DNA of 64,000 nucleotides, from NCBI RefSeq assembly GCF_036321535.1, contig NC_087436.1:16120001-16184000 (forward strand). Reading direction: 5' to 3'. The DNA comes from Camelus dromedarius. Its lineage: Eukaryota. The position numbers were made by a program, and so were the translations under genes. Numbering within the stretch: position 1 is the first letter of the stretch; each line of letters opens with the position of its first letter. Under the pieces are notes generated by a model. That model was not told where the DNA came from and ran no database searches. It was given only the letters and a program-made list of their open reading frames with translations. Shown piece after piece: positions 51,545 to 64,000 of the stretch.

Positions 51545-52530
51545 CATCTCTTCATTCTTCATCCTTGACATTTTTATGCAGAATTAAATCCTGCTCCCCA
51601 CTCACTCACTGCTTTGAAGAGTTTTTGCTTCTTTCTCTTTTTGGGCACCATTCTATTTTGGTTCTTCTACTATCTTACTGATTGTAAGCAGTTACTTTCT
51701 TCTCTATTTCTTCCCTCTTTTGTATATCTTTTTAAAATATGGTTATTTCCCAGATTTTATTTTCACTTTTTCCTGTCCTTTCAATATATTTTTCTCTGGA
51801 TCTAGCATAAAACTTAGCTTTTTTCGTAAGCACTTAATAAATATTTGTTAGACGATTATCTAATTCCACTGACTTGCAAGGCTGATCAGTCTCCCAATTT
51901 TGTATCTCAAACCCAGGCTGCTTTTTTGAGTTCCCAAGTTATATTGCTTACTTATTAGACATACCCACCTAGAAATTATTAGGTATCCAGGACATGGTAA
52001 TTCTCCCCAGCCATATCTACTTAACCTGCATTATTTCAGTGAAATAGCATCTTTATCCCCTCACTGCTGGTTTTTGGGTCACAAACTTCAGTTTTATTCT
52101 CATTATCTCCTTTTCTCTCACCTCTCATGTTGACTGTCTCATCAGATCTTATCTGTTCCACTTCAGATATGTCTCTGATGTCTTGGCCTCTACACTCCAT
52201 CCCCACTCCATATTTTGTCTTGCTGCCATGTAACATACAAGGCTGATTCCTGCATTAAGAAAGTTTAGTTGTCTCTCTGTTACTGTAATAGGCAAAGGTA
52301 ACCACTTTAGATAACTCTGCTGGGACTTTTGAAATCTTGATTCTTAATCTTTTACCTCCTTTAGCTTTTGCCACTCTGAGGCTGTCTTGAAATGATGTTT
52401 CTTACCCAGACGAACTTCTTTAGATAGAAATGCCTTTTTATGTCTCCATGCCTTTGTCCATGCTATTTCTTCTGCTTGTGATGCCTTTTCCATTTTGTCT
52501 AGCAGACTCCTGTCTGTCAATTAAATTTCT
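51545..52530 (+). mobile_element. L2 fragments
   Basis: ctcccaattttgtatctcaaacccagg..ccatgcctttgtccatgctatttcttctgcttg. Confidence 0.55.
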
Positions 52531-52769
52531 TCTAAAAAGTCGTCTTGTTCATTCTTTAATTGATTATTTATTAAGTACCTGCTTTGTTTCAGTTACTGTG
52601 CTTGGTCAGTGAATTACAGACACAAACCGTTGTCCTCGTGGAACTTACAAAAATAGATCCTCTTGAAAGCTTAATGAAATCTTCAATCCTCCCAGGCAGG
52701 GTTAATTAGTACTTTGATCATAGCTATAATAGTATCCAAAAGAGTTTCTAGAGGAAATGTCACGTGAAA

Positions 52770-52955
52770 AGCTCATTGGCTTTGAAGTACATAGACTCTT
52801 ACTATTTACTACCAGTGGGTAAGACTTAGTTTCTTCATCTTTAAAATGCAAATAACAGTATTTAATTGTGGTGGGGTTGTTGTGAGTGTTGGTGATAATG
52901 TGTATTAAAGGAGAATGTCTAACACAGTAACCTAATGTAATAAATGCTGTCTATT
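52770..52955 (+). mobile_element. MIR SINE
   Basis: cttagtttcttcatctttaaaatg..gggttgttgtgagtgtt..aataaatgctgtctatt. Confidence 0.65.
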
Positions 52956-54774
52956 TTAAAGTTGTATAATATTTGATATTTGATAATTTTCTTATCCTGA
53001 TTATAACATAGAAATATTCTAGGCTGAACCCAACATAGTTCATTTGTATGGACCAAGATCTGGTACATAGTTGGGACTCAACAAGTATTTGGTGAATTTT
53101 TTTTTAAATTAGATTTTTGGGGAAAATAGAACAAGTTTGTCCAAATGCTGTGGCTACTGAGATGAGTTTTAGGGCTTCTAGTATCCAACAATATCATTTA
53201 TTTTAATTGTTTTCCAGTTTTCTATTATTAGAGTTTCAACTGGTAGTGCAGTTAACACTAGATACTGATTTTCTCATAACTTACTCCTGGTAAAAATGCT
53301 GAGTGAATAAAGAAATGGTTAACAAGCTAACAACAGCTAAGAAAAGCTTGATTATTTCTTTGATAATTGACTATTGAAAAGTTCTATTTTTGAAAATACC
53401 CAAAGTGATAACCAATTGAATGAAGCTGGATATCTAGATGTCTGTAAAAGCAAGTAGAGAAATACACTGAATAGTACCATGCAGAAGTTCTTAACTACAG
53501 AAATATAATTTTACATAATTAAATAATACATACGATACTCCAGTGACTCAGCATGATGTAAAATCCCTATGTCAGTCCTCAATAAAGAAAACATTCTGCT
53601 TTGGAAGCTTTCTCCTCTGCTGGAATCCATACAATTGAAGGATTTTTTTTTCTTTTTTTTCATTAAGACAGCACAGTGCATAGATCACCTGCATTTGATT
53701 TATAGTTGGTACTTGGTAAACAGAGGTTTTATTTAATATTATTCCTATCTATCTGCATGAAGGCACGGTAGACTTCAGTTTGTGAGATAAAGCGTTCTTT
53801 TATATTGTATAATACCCTGTAGTACCTGCACATTATTTCACCTACACATTATTTCAAGATTTATGCAGCAAGTAAAACCCTTATAGAACTTAAGCACTTT
53901 TATCTTTTAGCAGACAGTACACTGAAAATGTTTACTTCTTTTTAGAGGATACCATTTATTTACGTTGTAGCTAATGTCTAGCATGAATTTTTAATTTAAA
54001 ACTATAGAAATAGAAGCTAGCTAGATATAGGAGTTAGAAAAACAGGTAATATAAGAACAAAATATGAAGTACTAAAATTTCCTAGGATTTAGAACTTTTT
54101 TCTAGCCAGAAGAATGTATTACTGACTTCTGTTTAGGTCATCAAGATTTATTAGGTATTGTCATAAGAAAGTAGGAAAGATGGAAAATGGGAAATTTTTC
54201 CAATATAATTGCATTGTGACAGTTTTTCTTCTTAGGACTAACATTCTTTTATTGATATAGATCCAAGTTACATTAAAATAACACCAAAACCAGTGGGACG
54301 ACAAAATGCATATATCTGACTAATTTGAATAATAAGTGTCAATACATTTAGGTTATATAATAATTGGAATACTTATATAGCTACCACTCATTTCAGTAAT
54401 TAACATTGTTCTACTTTAATAGAGTGATAGCAAAAAATAATATACCTTAATAAAGCAGTATGAATTTAATGAGTTTAGTGAAATAAATGTTACTGTTTCT
54501 TTTTTGTTCTTGATTATTTTATTCTGCATATTGAATTTTGCCTGTTTTTTTGACAACCATACCTATTCCTGGTCTGAACACCTTTTCCACCATCAGGAAC
54601 ACTAACTGTGTGCCTGCTACTGACAGCACCTGAAGGGCCTTCTTCTGTTCCCTATTCTGAAGATTAAATTCTGAGAGAGAAAGAGTCTGAGTGTTGTGTG
54701 GAGAGGGGGAAAGACAGAGCGTTCTCATAGCACCCTGTCGTTCTCATGGGGTGTTTATATAGCAATGCCAAGTG

Positions 54775-54848
54775 AGCATTGTACAACTCCAGCAGTGCCA
54801 TTCACACAAATTTTGATGTGAACAATGCTCCTTGAAGTTGGGCAGTTT
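54775..54848. mobile_element. MER91-like palindromic hAT-Tip100 MITE core
   Basis: gtacaactccagcagtgccattcacac..gtgaacaatgctccttgaagttgggc forms an imperfect hairpin. Confidence 0.55.
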
Positions 54849-57800
54849 AATAGCCATTTAATAGAGCTCTGTTCTATCACACATGTTTTTGGGGATTTTT
54901 ATTATTTGTCTTCACATGTGTCTTCTCCTGTGGTCAGAGATAATATCTTAATAATCCTTGTATTCCTAAGCAGCTGGCTCAAGGTAGAGTCAATCGTTAT
55001 TATTAGAAAATATTTTAGGAGTCTATTTCAATATTCATCCATTCAAACACTGTTAACTAGCTAATTGGATTGCCATACTTTCTCCGAGGAAAACTAAGCT
55101 TTAAAAAGTCTTATAATTTACATGTGGAAAATAATACACTGTTTATAGTTGAACCATTCGACTATTAGAGGAAGAATGTGGATTGAAGCTTAGTACGTCT
55201 ACCTTTTTCAACTGATTCTTATTTGGCCCATTCTTACTTGTTTTACCAGATCGAATGACTAACCACGGTGGGTCTAGGAAGGGAACAAATAGCCTATCTC
55301 CTGATGCTTGAGTTGTATTTCATTCCAAGATTTATTTCAGCAGTCTGTCTAATTTTGTTCTTGTAGAACAGAAAGTAAATATTCTGTATATAAAAATGGC
55401 ATTGTTTTGTATTATTTTATGTTGATTGTAGCAGTATGTTAAAATTTTGTGTATAAAAACACATAAATGTGAAGGTTTTTTTAAAAGTAGAAAGATAATT
55501 AGATGACTTATGCTTATGCTTTGTTTCCAGATCTTACTGAGCCTGGGCTTACATCTTAAATTTGAATCCTTTTGGGGTCTTAGTTTTAATTTTTAGCAGA
55601 AATGGATGAAGTTTGTGAATGTGGTGTCATGTAGTATTAATGTAATTTTTTGATAGATGCAGATACATAGATGTACAGGTACAAAGTGATTTAGATAATA
55701 CTTCCAAGGTCTCGGAATAGGTGATTTCTTATCTTATCCACACATGTGTTTGGTCAGTAACTGATGCTTATGAATACATGAAGTCTTTTGAATTTTTCTA
55801 GCCATACCATGGTGATAACTCTAAAAATATACAATAGTTTATTTAATTAATTCATAAATTTATGGGAATAGAGTTGGATCAATTTCCCAGATTTTCTAGT
55901 TTTTTTACCTTTTTTCCCCTAGAAGGGGCTTTTGGGGAGGGTGTGGCAGTATTTCCTAAGTAAGAGTGAAATCTTTGTGTGAATAATCAAAACTTATAGC
56001 AAGCTGATCATTTAAACTTAACACATTCCCCTCTCTAGTACTGTTCTAAATGACAAAGTGTGCCTCATTTTTTCAATGATAGAGCTTTATACTGAGTGTA
56101 TGTTGTTGGAAGGAGCGCAGTTGGGAGAAAACATTGCTTTTTTAGGTCCTGGTCTTTTACTATGTAAATGACTTTAAACATGCTAGTAATTACCCTCATC
56201 TGAAAAAAATGAGTATGACTCTTTTTTCAAAGAACATGTGTTACTCCCACCATCAGAATTGGATGATAAATGCTACTTTTTCAAATGAGGCTAATAGCTG
56301 TTCCATTTTGAGTTAAGTTCCTTGAAGGTTTGTACCCGACATCACTTGGAGAGACTTCCAAAAACTGTATTGCAGTTGTTGGTCTCTCTAGTTGATTTTT
56401 CTAATCCATTCTAGATCTGTGATCTGAAAAGAGTGATTTTACTTTGTCTTCAGACTATTTTAAATTGTGACAGGAGGTAGACAATTCCTATTGAGAAGAT
56501 AGTCTGAGATATAGCTTAGGATAGTATTGAGATTAACATGCTGAGGTAAAGATTTCTTCATTTTATTTGGATTGTATCTGAGTATTTTAATTTTTCGTAG
56601 AATATTTGCATTTGAAGACAGAAGTGTATAATTAGGTTAAGTGAAACTTAGATCAAAATTTTTATGCTGTGTGAACAAATTCCCAGTTCCTAATGTATCA
56701 GTGCTTTTCTTTCACCCAAATGTCACCATTATGACTCTTACTTGTTAGTGTCAGAGAGCATAAAAATAAATATTACAGTTCTCTTTCCTCTTAATTTTGA
56801 TTATTCTTCTTATAGACATTGTCTTTGAAAATTTGTGAATGATATTATAACTTCTCTGCTTTTCCTACTGTGTGACACAAATTATTGCACACACGCTTTA
56901 ATAGCCGTCAGATTCAACGTCACTGCTGTGCAATATAGTAGCATCTATTGTTATCTAATTTTGTAGTAATTTTATAATAGCAGCTTAACATCTCTTATAA
57001 TTTTAATTGTTATCAAGAAGAATGACATCGTTTAATTTGACTCAAAATTTAGAAGGATGGATGCCTGACAAATTAATAATTTACCACCTTTGCATAATAC
57101 CAAAGCATAGAGTATTAGAAGGATTGATGGCAGAAAAGGTTAACAAATTTTAGCAGCTTTCATTAGCTGTACACCGTCATATGTTTGTGGTGCTGACTGA
57201 AATAGGCTTTGTAGGAGCTCTCGGGCTAGGGAACTAATTACTTGTGCCGATTGCCGCACTGATGAATAGACCCTCATTGTATCATTCCCCTGAAGACGAC
57301 AAGCAGCCTGTGATTCACGACTGCATCCTGGCTGATATTTGATAATAATTTTAACAGATAAATGTAAGTAGGCAGAATGATGAAGTGCCTTTCCAAGCTC
57401 CATGACTATCAAAGCCATACACATAGCCAGCTGTGTGCCACTTTCCCTCTCTCACCTAAGGAGAATTTTATTTTATTGAGTTAAAAAGCTATTTTCTTTT
57501 GTTTATGTGTATATTCTTAGGTATTTCTTATGTATTTTTAAATGATATCATAATATTAGTTTTCATTTAAAATGGAAACAGCAAAATAACAAAGAAGAGT
57601 AAAAGAGCTTTCTATTTTTTTTCTCTTTGAGGACTGCAGTTCTTATACTTTTTTGTATTCCATTTAGATTACTTTGTATTTTCTCCTCGTTATGCATGAT
57701 CAAAATCAACAAAGGAAATCTTTGATATTCTCTTGTCTCCTTGGCATTCTCAGAAAAGAATGTAGGGTCTCTGTTTTTAAAAAATTATTTTCTTTAAGTA

Positions 57801-59134
57801 ATTCACTGTTTGTTATCTATGCTTTTATTAATCTGAGATAATTTTTAATCAGTGGAGTACTTATGTACGAATCTATTTTGAATTTTTAAAGGTAGCATCT
57901 TTAAAGCATCAAAATATGGATAACTTTTATGTGGGTATTTTGGGGCTGTCAGTTGGTCAAGACTACTAATTTGTCAAAGCTGACAGGTACAATTTTATTA
58001 GCTCATGAAATACAAGTGAGATTTTATTTTGCATTAGTCATTTTTTGCAGGAGTTTTGATTATGAATTTTAAATTTCTTTATTGAAACTTACAGATTTTC
58101 ATGCTGTGTGTCTTTAGTGAATAAATGTATCCTGCATAGATTTTTTTTCCACTTTAACTGGAAAAACTTCAGATTAGTATTTTCCTTATAAAATATTTTC
58201 CAGCATGCTAGATCATGATTAGTTAATAGGAGAGGAAGCTGACATTTATATATTGCCATGTAAAGGATCTACATAATTGGGGAAAATATAGTAGAACTTC
58301 AATTGAGTGAACCCTTAAAAAATACATTTCCAAAAGTATGCTTTTGATATAGCAATTATTGCACATCATATAGCATGTAGTTTTTAATTAAATATAAAAA
58401 CAGACTACATAAAACAGAAATCCAATCTGATTTGCTTGAAAAAAGATTGCTATTTCACTCTATAGGAATGGTTTATTTAAAAACAGTAAATGGAAAAGAA
58501 ATGCATTTTCTTGTGTTGTTCTAAGCCTCAGGGGCTAAATGTAATGAATATTTTAAGAGATTATTTTAATTAAATTCCTGCACATCTAAACAGAGTAATA
58601 TTTTATTATCACATACATAACCATGTAACTGAGATATTCATTAAAGTTAACACTTTCTGGACCAAGAATTCATGGTATGATTTACTGACCTTGTGCAAAA
58701 AGGCACAAATTAGGAAGAAAAATGAAGGGGGACAGACTTTGATTAATATAGGTAATGCTATACCATATTTATAATAGCCTTTTCCCTATTCTGGTTTATA
58801 AATGCAGCCACAGAGAAAGGTGCCCTGCTGAGGCTGAAATGAGGCTGAAATCAGAGCACATGCCACTAGAGTGTGGGGAAACTGATCACACTGTCAGCAA
58901 TTCATTTCAAAATGATGTATTTAGTGCTCATTTCACCTTCCAAGAAAAAGGAAAAGGAGTTCCTTAGGCTGGAAGGTGATATTGTTATTTTCAAGGACAT
59001 ACCTAAGTTAAAGATTGCAGAAAGGGGAGTGTGAGGTGGAGGGAGAATTAAGAGGAAAGGGAGGAAAAAAAAGGCAGAGCAAACAAGGAGAGCTTTATGC
59101 AGAAATTCAGTGCTACCACGCTGTTTGATAATTG

Positions 59135-59166
59135 CTAACATATGTGGCTTCTCTGTTTCATTGTAG
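59135..59166 (+). promoter_or_regulatory. Branch point, polypyrimidine tract and 3' splice site
   Basis: CTAAC at 59135-59139 (branch A 59138), then ttctctgtttcattgtag. Confidence 0.8.
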
Positions 59167-59291
59167 TCGTCCTCGTGAGTTCTGGCGCCTCGACTACTGG
59201 GAAGATGACTTGCGGCGCCGGCGACGATTTGTGCGTAACCCTCTAGGATCGACACATCCTGAAGCGACACTAAAAACAGCCGTGGAACATG
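59167..59291 (+). CDS. LRBA: Internal coding exon of LRBA (LPS-responsive beige-like anchor), region upstream of the PH-BEACH module
   Basis: From 59168 translates to [41 protein letters not shown]. The [20 protein letters not shown] motif is LRBA/NBEA, and the [17 protein letters not shown] tail matches LRBA rather than NBEA as recalled. AG acceptor at 59165-59166, G|GTCAGT donor at 59292, length 125 nt. Confidence 0.95.
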
Positions 59292-62200
59292 GTCAGTGTA
59301 TAAACCCCTCCTTGCCCATAGCAGCAGGTACAGTACTTGGTAATGAAGAGCATAACTTCATTACTACAAGGTACTGTAAAAATGGTCCAATACCACATTT
59401 CACAGTTACTCACCCCAGAAAGAGAAGTTAAATTTTTTTATAGTTAGTATAGGCTATTATTGAATTACGGCGTCAAGTGTGTTTATTTATTATGTTACAC
59501 ATGCAAAACACTTAACATAGACCCTTTGTTTCAGAGTAGGAGAATAAAATATTTCTCCTTTTAAGTGACACATTTCAGCTTTGAGTAAATTAATACAGGA
59601 TGTCTGTCTTAAATCCATGAATATCAGAAAGACAGCATTTACAATCCAAATATGTTTGTAGGTTCTGTTGTGTGTATATGGGTTTCCCTCAACCATGGTA
59701 TTTTAGTATGAGATTATAAAGTGGGAGAGATGGTAATAAATGTCCAAGTGCCCAGATACTTTCTGAGCCTTGATTTGTAGATGGTTTTGATAGATGGCTC
59801 CTGGAAAAAAGAGAAGAGACATTATTTTCATATGTTCTGTTCTGCATCATCTTGTTATGAGAGCTTAACAAAACATTTTTCCTTCTTTGATATAATGCAT
59901 ATCACCATGATTCAGTTTAGGTAGAAGCCTGATGAGCAAATTGGAAAAACTAAAGAATTCCTTTGGACTTGATAATAATACTCCCTTTGATCATAGGGTT
60001 TCACTTTATATTTTGTAGTTTTTGAAAGCCAATTAGATACATTGATTAAGGGGGAAAATGTACCCTCCCCACATAAATTTTTTGGGGGTTTTGTAAAATA
60101 TAAATTGGTTATTTTTGTAAGGTAGAAATGGTTTTAATTTACCCTTTTCAGGGTATTAGTTTAAACTACAGTAGCTTATGGTTAAAGGATAGGATGCAGT
60201 ATACAAAGTAAATGTTAAATTACATTCAATAAGGATATCAAGAATTTAGATGAAAAGTCTGTGATCTTAGGTTTGGCCTCAGTCAGGCAGCTTAACCTCT
60301 TGCACTCAGCCCTAAAGAGCCATTTCTGGAAGAAAATGTCCACAATATGTCATCAGATATAACACCAAATGTGACATCAGTCCTTTAAAATAAATGATCA
60401 TACAGAGAATAGTCAATAACAAAGTAATCTAAAAGCAGTAATACTTGCAGGGCCCTACATTTTCAGCTACAGGAGGTGGAGAAGGAGGAATAAGATGTAG
60501 AATTAATTAGGCCACTTTTGCTTTTAAGGTTCATGTACTTTTCACGTGGTACTAAAGATTCCAGAGTTATATATACATATATTTTTTCCTTTTCCTTCCT
60601 GTTGTTTTTGTGCTTTTGGTTAGTGACCCTTACATTGAAAATAATCAGCCTTTTTGCAATTTTATTCTTTTCAGAAAAGTCAAACAGATGCTACCATGTG
60701 CATTTAAAATTTAATAAGTATCTTTCTGTCTTCTTACCTGTCATTGAACATTGAGTTGTGAGTTCTGACATCTATGAATGACAATAAAAACATTTTTATG
60801 AAAGATTTTCCTTTTATATCTGGAGAGGGGGACCGGTTTTCTAAAACTGCACGTAAACTGTTAATCCTTTATCCTGAAAGAAATAGCAATAACTGAATTT
60901 AAAATTTGTGGTATAGATTTAATGAAAATCATTTTTATTAAAAATATTACATTTAGCCACTTTGGGGAATTATAGGATGTTTCATAATGAATTTTAATTT
61001 TATTGTTGTTGAATTTTATCTTTTAAAATAACATTATCATTTAACTTTTTAATATGAAGAGTCTGATTTTTGAAGACAATATTAGCAATGCTTACTGTCA
61101 TTTAAGACTTTAAATCCTGTGTAGAAGCAGATTTCACTCTACTCAAAATAGTAATTGAAAACTTAATGTAATACTACTATTGTCTGTGCTCTATTGTACA
61201 TTCTCAATTGAGGGAGAGAAGAAAAGTTAAGCATTTTATGTAATTCCCTTCTATTTGGTAATATTTTATACTAGTTTTATAATGATTAATATTTAAAGCA
61301 CTGAAACATTAATAATATAAATTTAAATCTAAAATATAAATTTTTTAAAAGTAACCAAATGTGTAATAGATGCTTCCAGTTAAGGAGATATGTTATCTTT
61401 AATATAACATTTTTTGAAAAAATAGAAAAGCTCTAATTATACTTTATATCTATATTTTTTATTTTAAATAACAAGGAGCTATTAGTCAGTTTTGGAACTC
61501 AGCACATAAATTATAGTATGGTATTGTTTAGTGTCAGCGTTAATTTATGCTAATACTTTAGTTAAGCAAAGAGCTTAATTTTTTAATGTTTTATGAATTA
61601 GAATATATTGTAGTTGACATTCAATTTTAATTTTGTGTTAATTATGAAATGCTTTTTTTTATTCTAACTTAGTGACAATAAGGGAGCTAATAAAAAATAT
61701 ATTAAGAGTCAAGTATGCAAAATGAAACAGTTAATATCAAAAAGCAATTGAAATCATAGAATTTATCATGGATTAATACTTTGCTTCAATGTTGAATTTG
61801 AATAATTAAAGTAGATATAGTAAACTGAGGATAGTATGTCAGTTTATACTATTTTATGACTTCCCACTTTAATTTATAGTTGATTTAACTAAGGAGACAG
61901 GACATTTTGAAAATGCAGAATCTCAAAACATCATGAACTATATTACCATTATCAAAGGAACACATCTAAATAGAAATGCTGTTGAGGATTAGTTATGTAT
62001 TTTAGTCGTAAGAGCCATCTTTTTTATAGATTGATTTGATTTGAAGGAAAGCCTCTGGTGTAAGGGTGGCAGAGTAAATACCTGAAGAGTGATGTTCTCT
62101 GTTCCGGCGATCAATACCAGCCCCATGACTCTACTTCTGGCTACCTTCTAGTTAAAAACAAATTTTTTAATTCTGACAATTTAATTGCCCTTCCCAAGTT

Positions 62201-64000
62201 CACATTAACTTGCTTGGGGAAAAGGGGTTTAGGTAATTTTTCAAAGAGAGACCCTCCAAAGTGGTTATTTATAAAAGTCACTTTGTAATAGGAGATTTCT
62301 TTAACTTTGCAGAAACTGAATCATATTTTAAAATTAAAATTAAGACTTCCTCTTATGATTAAACATTCTTTATAGAAATTGGCAGCAGCAAGCAGAGGTG
62401 AATATTTAATTCTTGAGGGCATTTTCTTCCATTTTACAGTTTTAAAATCTATTAGAAATCAGTTGTAATGATTCATATCCTCCTAGTGCACAGAGAACAG
62501 TTGGTCAGTTATTTATTATCGGAGCATTTTAGATCCAAGAAGAACCTAGGGCTAAAGTCTAGTATAGCTTTATTCTTTACAGATAAGGAAACTGAGGAAA
62601 CAAAAGACCAACATAATTCTTGGTAAATACAGAACGAAAGCCCAGCAGGTTGACTGACTAGTCAGATTTTCTTGCCATTGTGCTATGCTGTCTTCTAAAA
62701 TTCATTATTAAATATAATGGGAATTTTATATTCACATTAAAGCCCCATAAAAAATGTTTTAAATGGTGGAAAGATTGGTTTTAATTCAAATACTAAAGCA
62801 GTTTAGCAGTAGACTCCTATTGAATTTAAGACATTTTTACTTAGTAGAGAATGTGCATGTTAATAGAAACGTATGAGGAGAATTTAACATAGTTTTAGAA
62901 GTATGTTGTAACCACATGGAATGATACAAGTAACTCATCTGATTTTCTAGGAATGACAGACCATTGTAAAGATCCTAAATTATGCCGTTCTCTTGTATCT
63001 TCAGTAATGCCGGGTACTATTGTTTCCTTTTTAGTATCCACAAACAGTATGTTTCTACCTAAAACTTTTGAGAAACCCATGATCATTTGGAGGCGAACTT
63101 GTTCTCCTGATTATCCTTTGTAGTTTCACTAATTTTTCTAGAGTAAATTTTCTTAACTTGAAACCCTTTGGAAATTTAATAAAGAGGAATGAATTTAGGA
63201 TAATAGTTGTGTATAGGTAGGTATTCATTATGTGTCCTGTTCAGAATAAACAGTTACGGCGTGTCCTGCATATCACACTTCAGTGGATACTTGTATATGT
63301 TGTAGGTACAGTTAATGTCACTTTGTTATCCCAGTAGCTATCTTTATTTTTTTATGTTAACAAAGTGGCTAATTCTTATGTGTAAACTTCTTTTACTCTA
63401 ACGTGGACTATTAATGATTCTAGTTCACTGGCACAGTGGACTTTTAAGAAGAGATTTATATATCATAGATATAACAATTTGCTGTATTCTTTTTCTGTTT
63501 TAATTTTACTTACCTAGTCTCTGTTGCATAGTTAACTCATGCCCAGAGCTACCTCTCAAGAACTTGAACTTTACATTTTGAGGACCAGCTTTTCTCTGAG
63601 CCCTCTCATTGCTCTTAGCTTCAATGAATCAAAGTTATATTTCAAAGAAAACATTTTTGACAGATTTCTCTAATTTTATGTAACAATTGCAGTTTAGTTA
63701 TTTTGTTAAATCGATATTAAATCAGAACAAAATGTGAGATTAGATGAAGGCACTTTGTTAATAGTCACATGAAAAATTTAAACTGTTGTCATGTTTGGTA
63801 ATGATTTTATTAACCAGAAAATATCTGAATCAAGCCTTAAAATTGCACGAAAAGTATATTTTAACTTCATCTAATTAAGCTGTTATACAAATGTAGAATA
63901 TACTCACAGAAGGTATCAAAATAATTGATTCTTGTTTTAATGGTTGATTGAGTATAAGGCAAACGAAAGTTTAAAAATATACTTTTCCCAGCACATATAA
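59292..64000 (+). other. LRBA: Next LRBA intron (phase 1); the following constitutive exon is not in the window
   Basis: GTCAGT donor. No segment encoding the expected continuation (ATDEDIL..) seen before 64000. Confidence 0.8.
62520..62692 (-). mobile_element. MIR remnant
   Basis: ttattctttacagataaggaaactgagg. Confidence 0.55.

Larger units (their letters stand above)
1..59166 (+). other. LRBA: Large intron of LRBA (upstream exon lies outside the window); phase-2 intron
   Basis: No other LRBA-like coding segment seen in 59 kb. Ends in a canonical acceptor (ttctctgtttcattgtAG) directly before the recognisable exon. Confidence 0.85.

Noticed and set aside
59132..59431. 99-aa ORF as a stand-alone gene
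   Set aside because: Only 59167-59291 is LRBA-like. The flanking residues are intron read-through beyond clear splice sites.
59292..64000. MAB21L2 coding sequence
   Set aside because: No long GC-rich minus-strand ORF is present. The gene is expected outside the window.

Overview
AT-rich, CpG-poor mammalian genomic DNA, most likely camelid: it carries a Vic-1-type tRNA-Ala SINE and a cetartiodactyl-type L1 3' end, and I saw no Alu, Bov-A/BovB or PRE-1. The window lies inside LRBA (BEACH-domain gene, + strand). About 59 kb belong to one long intron, followed by a single 125-nt coding exon (59167-59291, ..[41 protein letters not shown]..) and then more intron. The rest is mostly repeats (L1, L2, MIR, LTRs, MER/Tigger DNA transposons), including a ~6.2-kb TSD-bounded antisense L1 with a nested SINE. 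All other listed ORFs look like L1 debris or chance. No novel protein-coding system is supported. The best leads are non-coding: a candidate poison exon in a non-repeat block (19674-19777), an apparent splice-dead counterpart of the human 33-nt LRBA micro-exon (61195-61226), enhancer-like blocks that may serve the nested MAB21L2 gene expected beyond the right edge, an unusually CpG-rich exon, and a chimeric L1/unique-sequence insertion. Repeat family names come from recalled consensus sequences, and boundaries are approximate unless a TSD or TIR is given.
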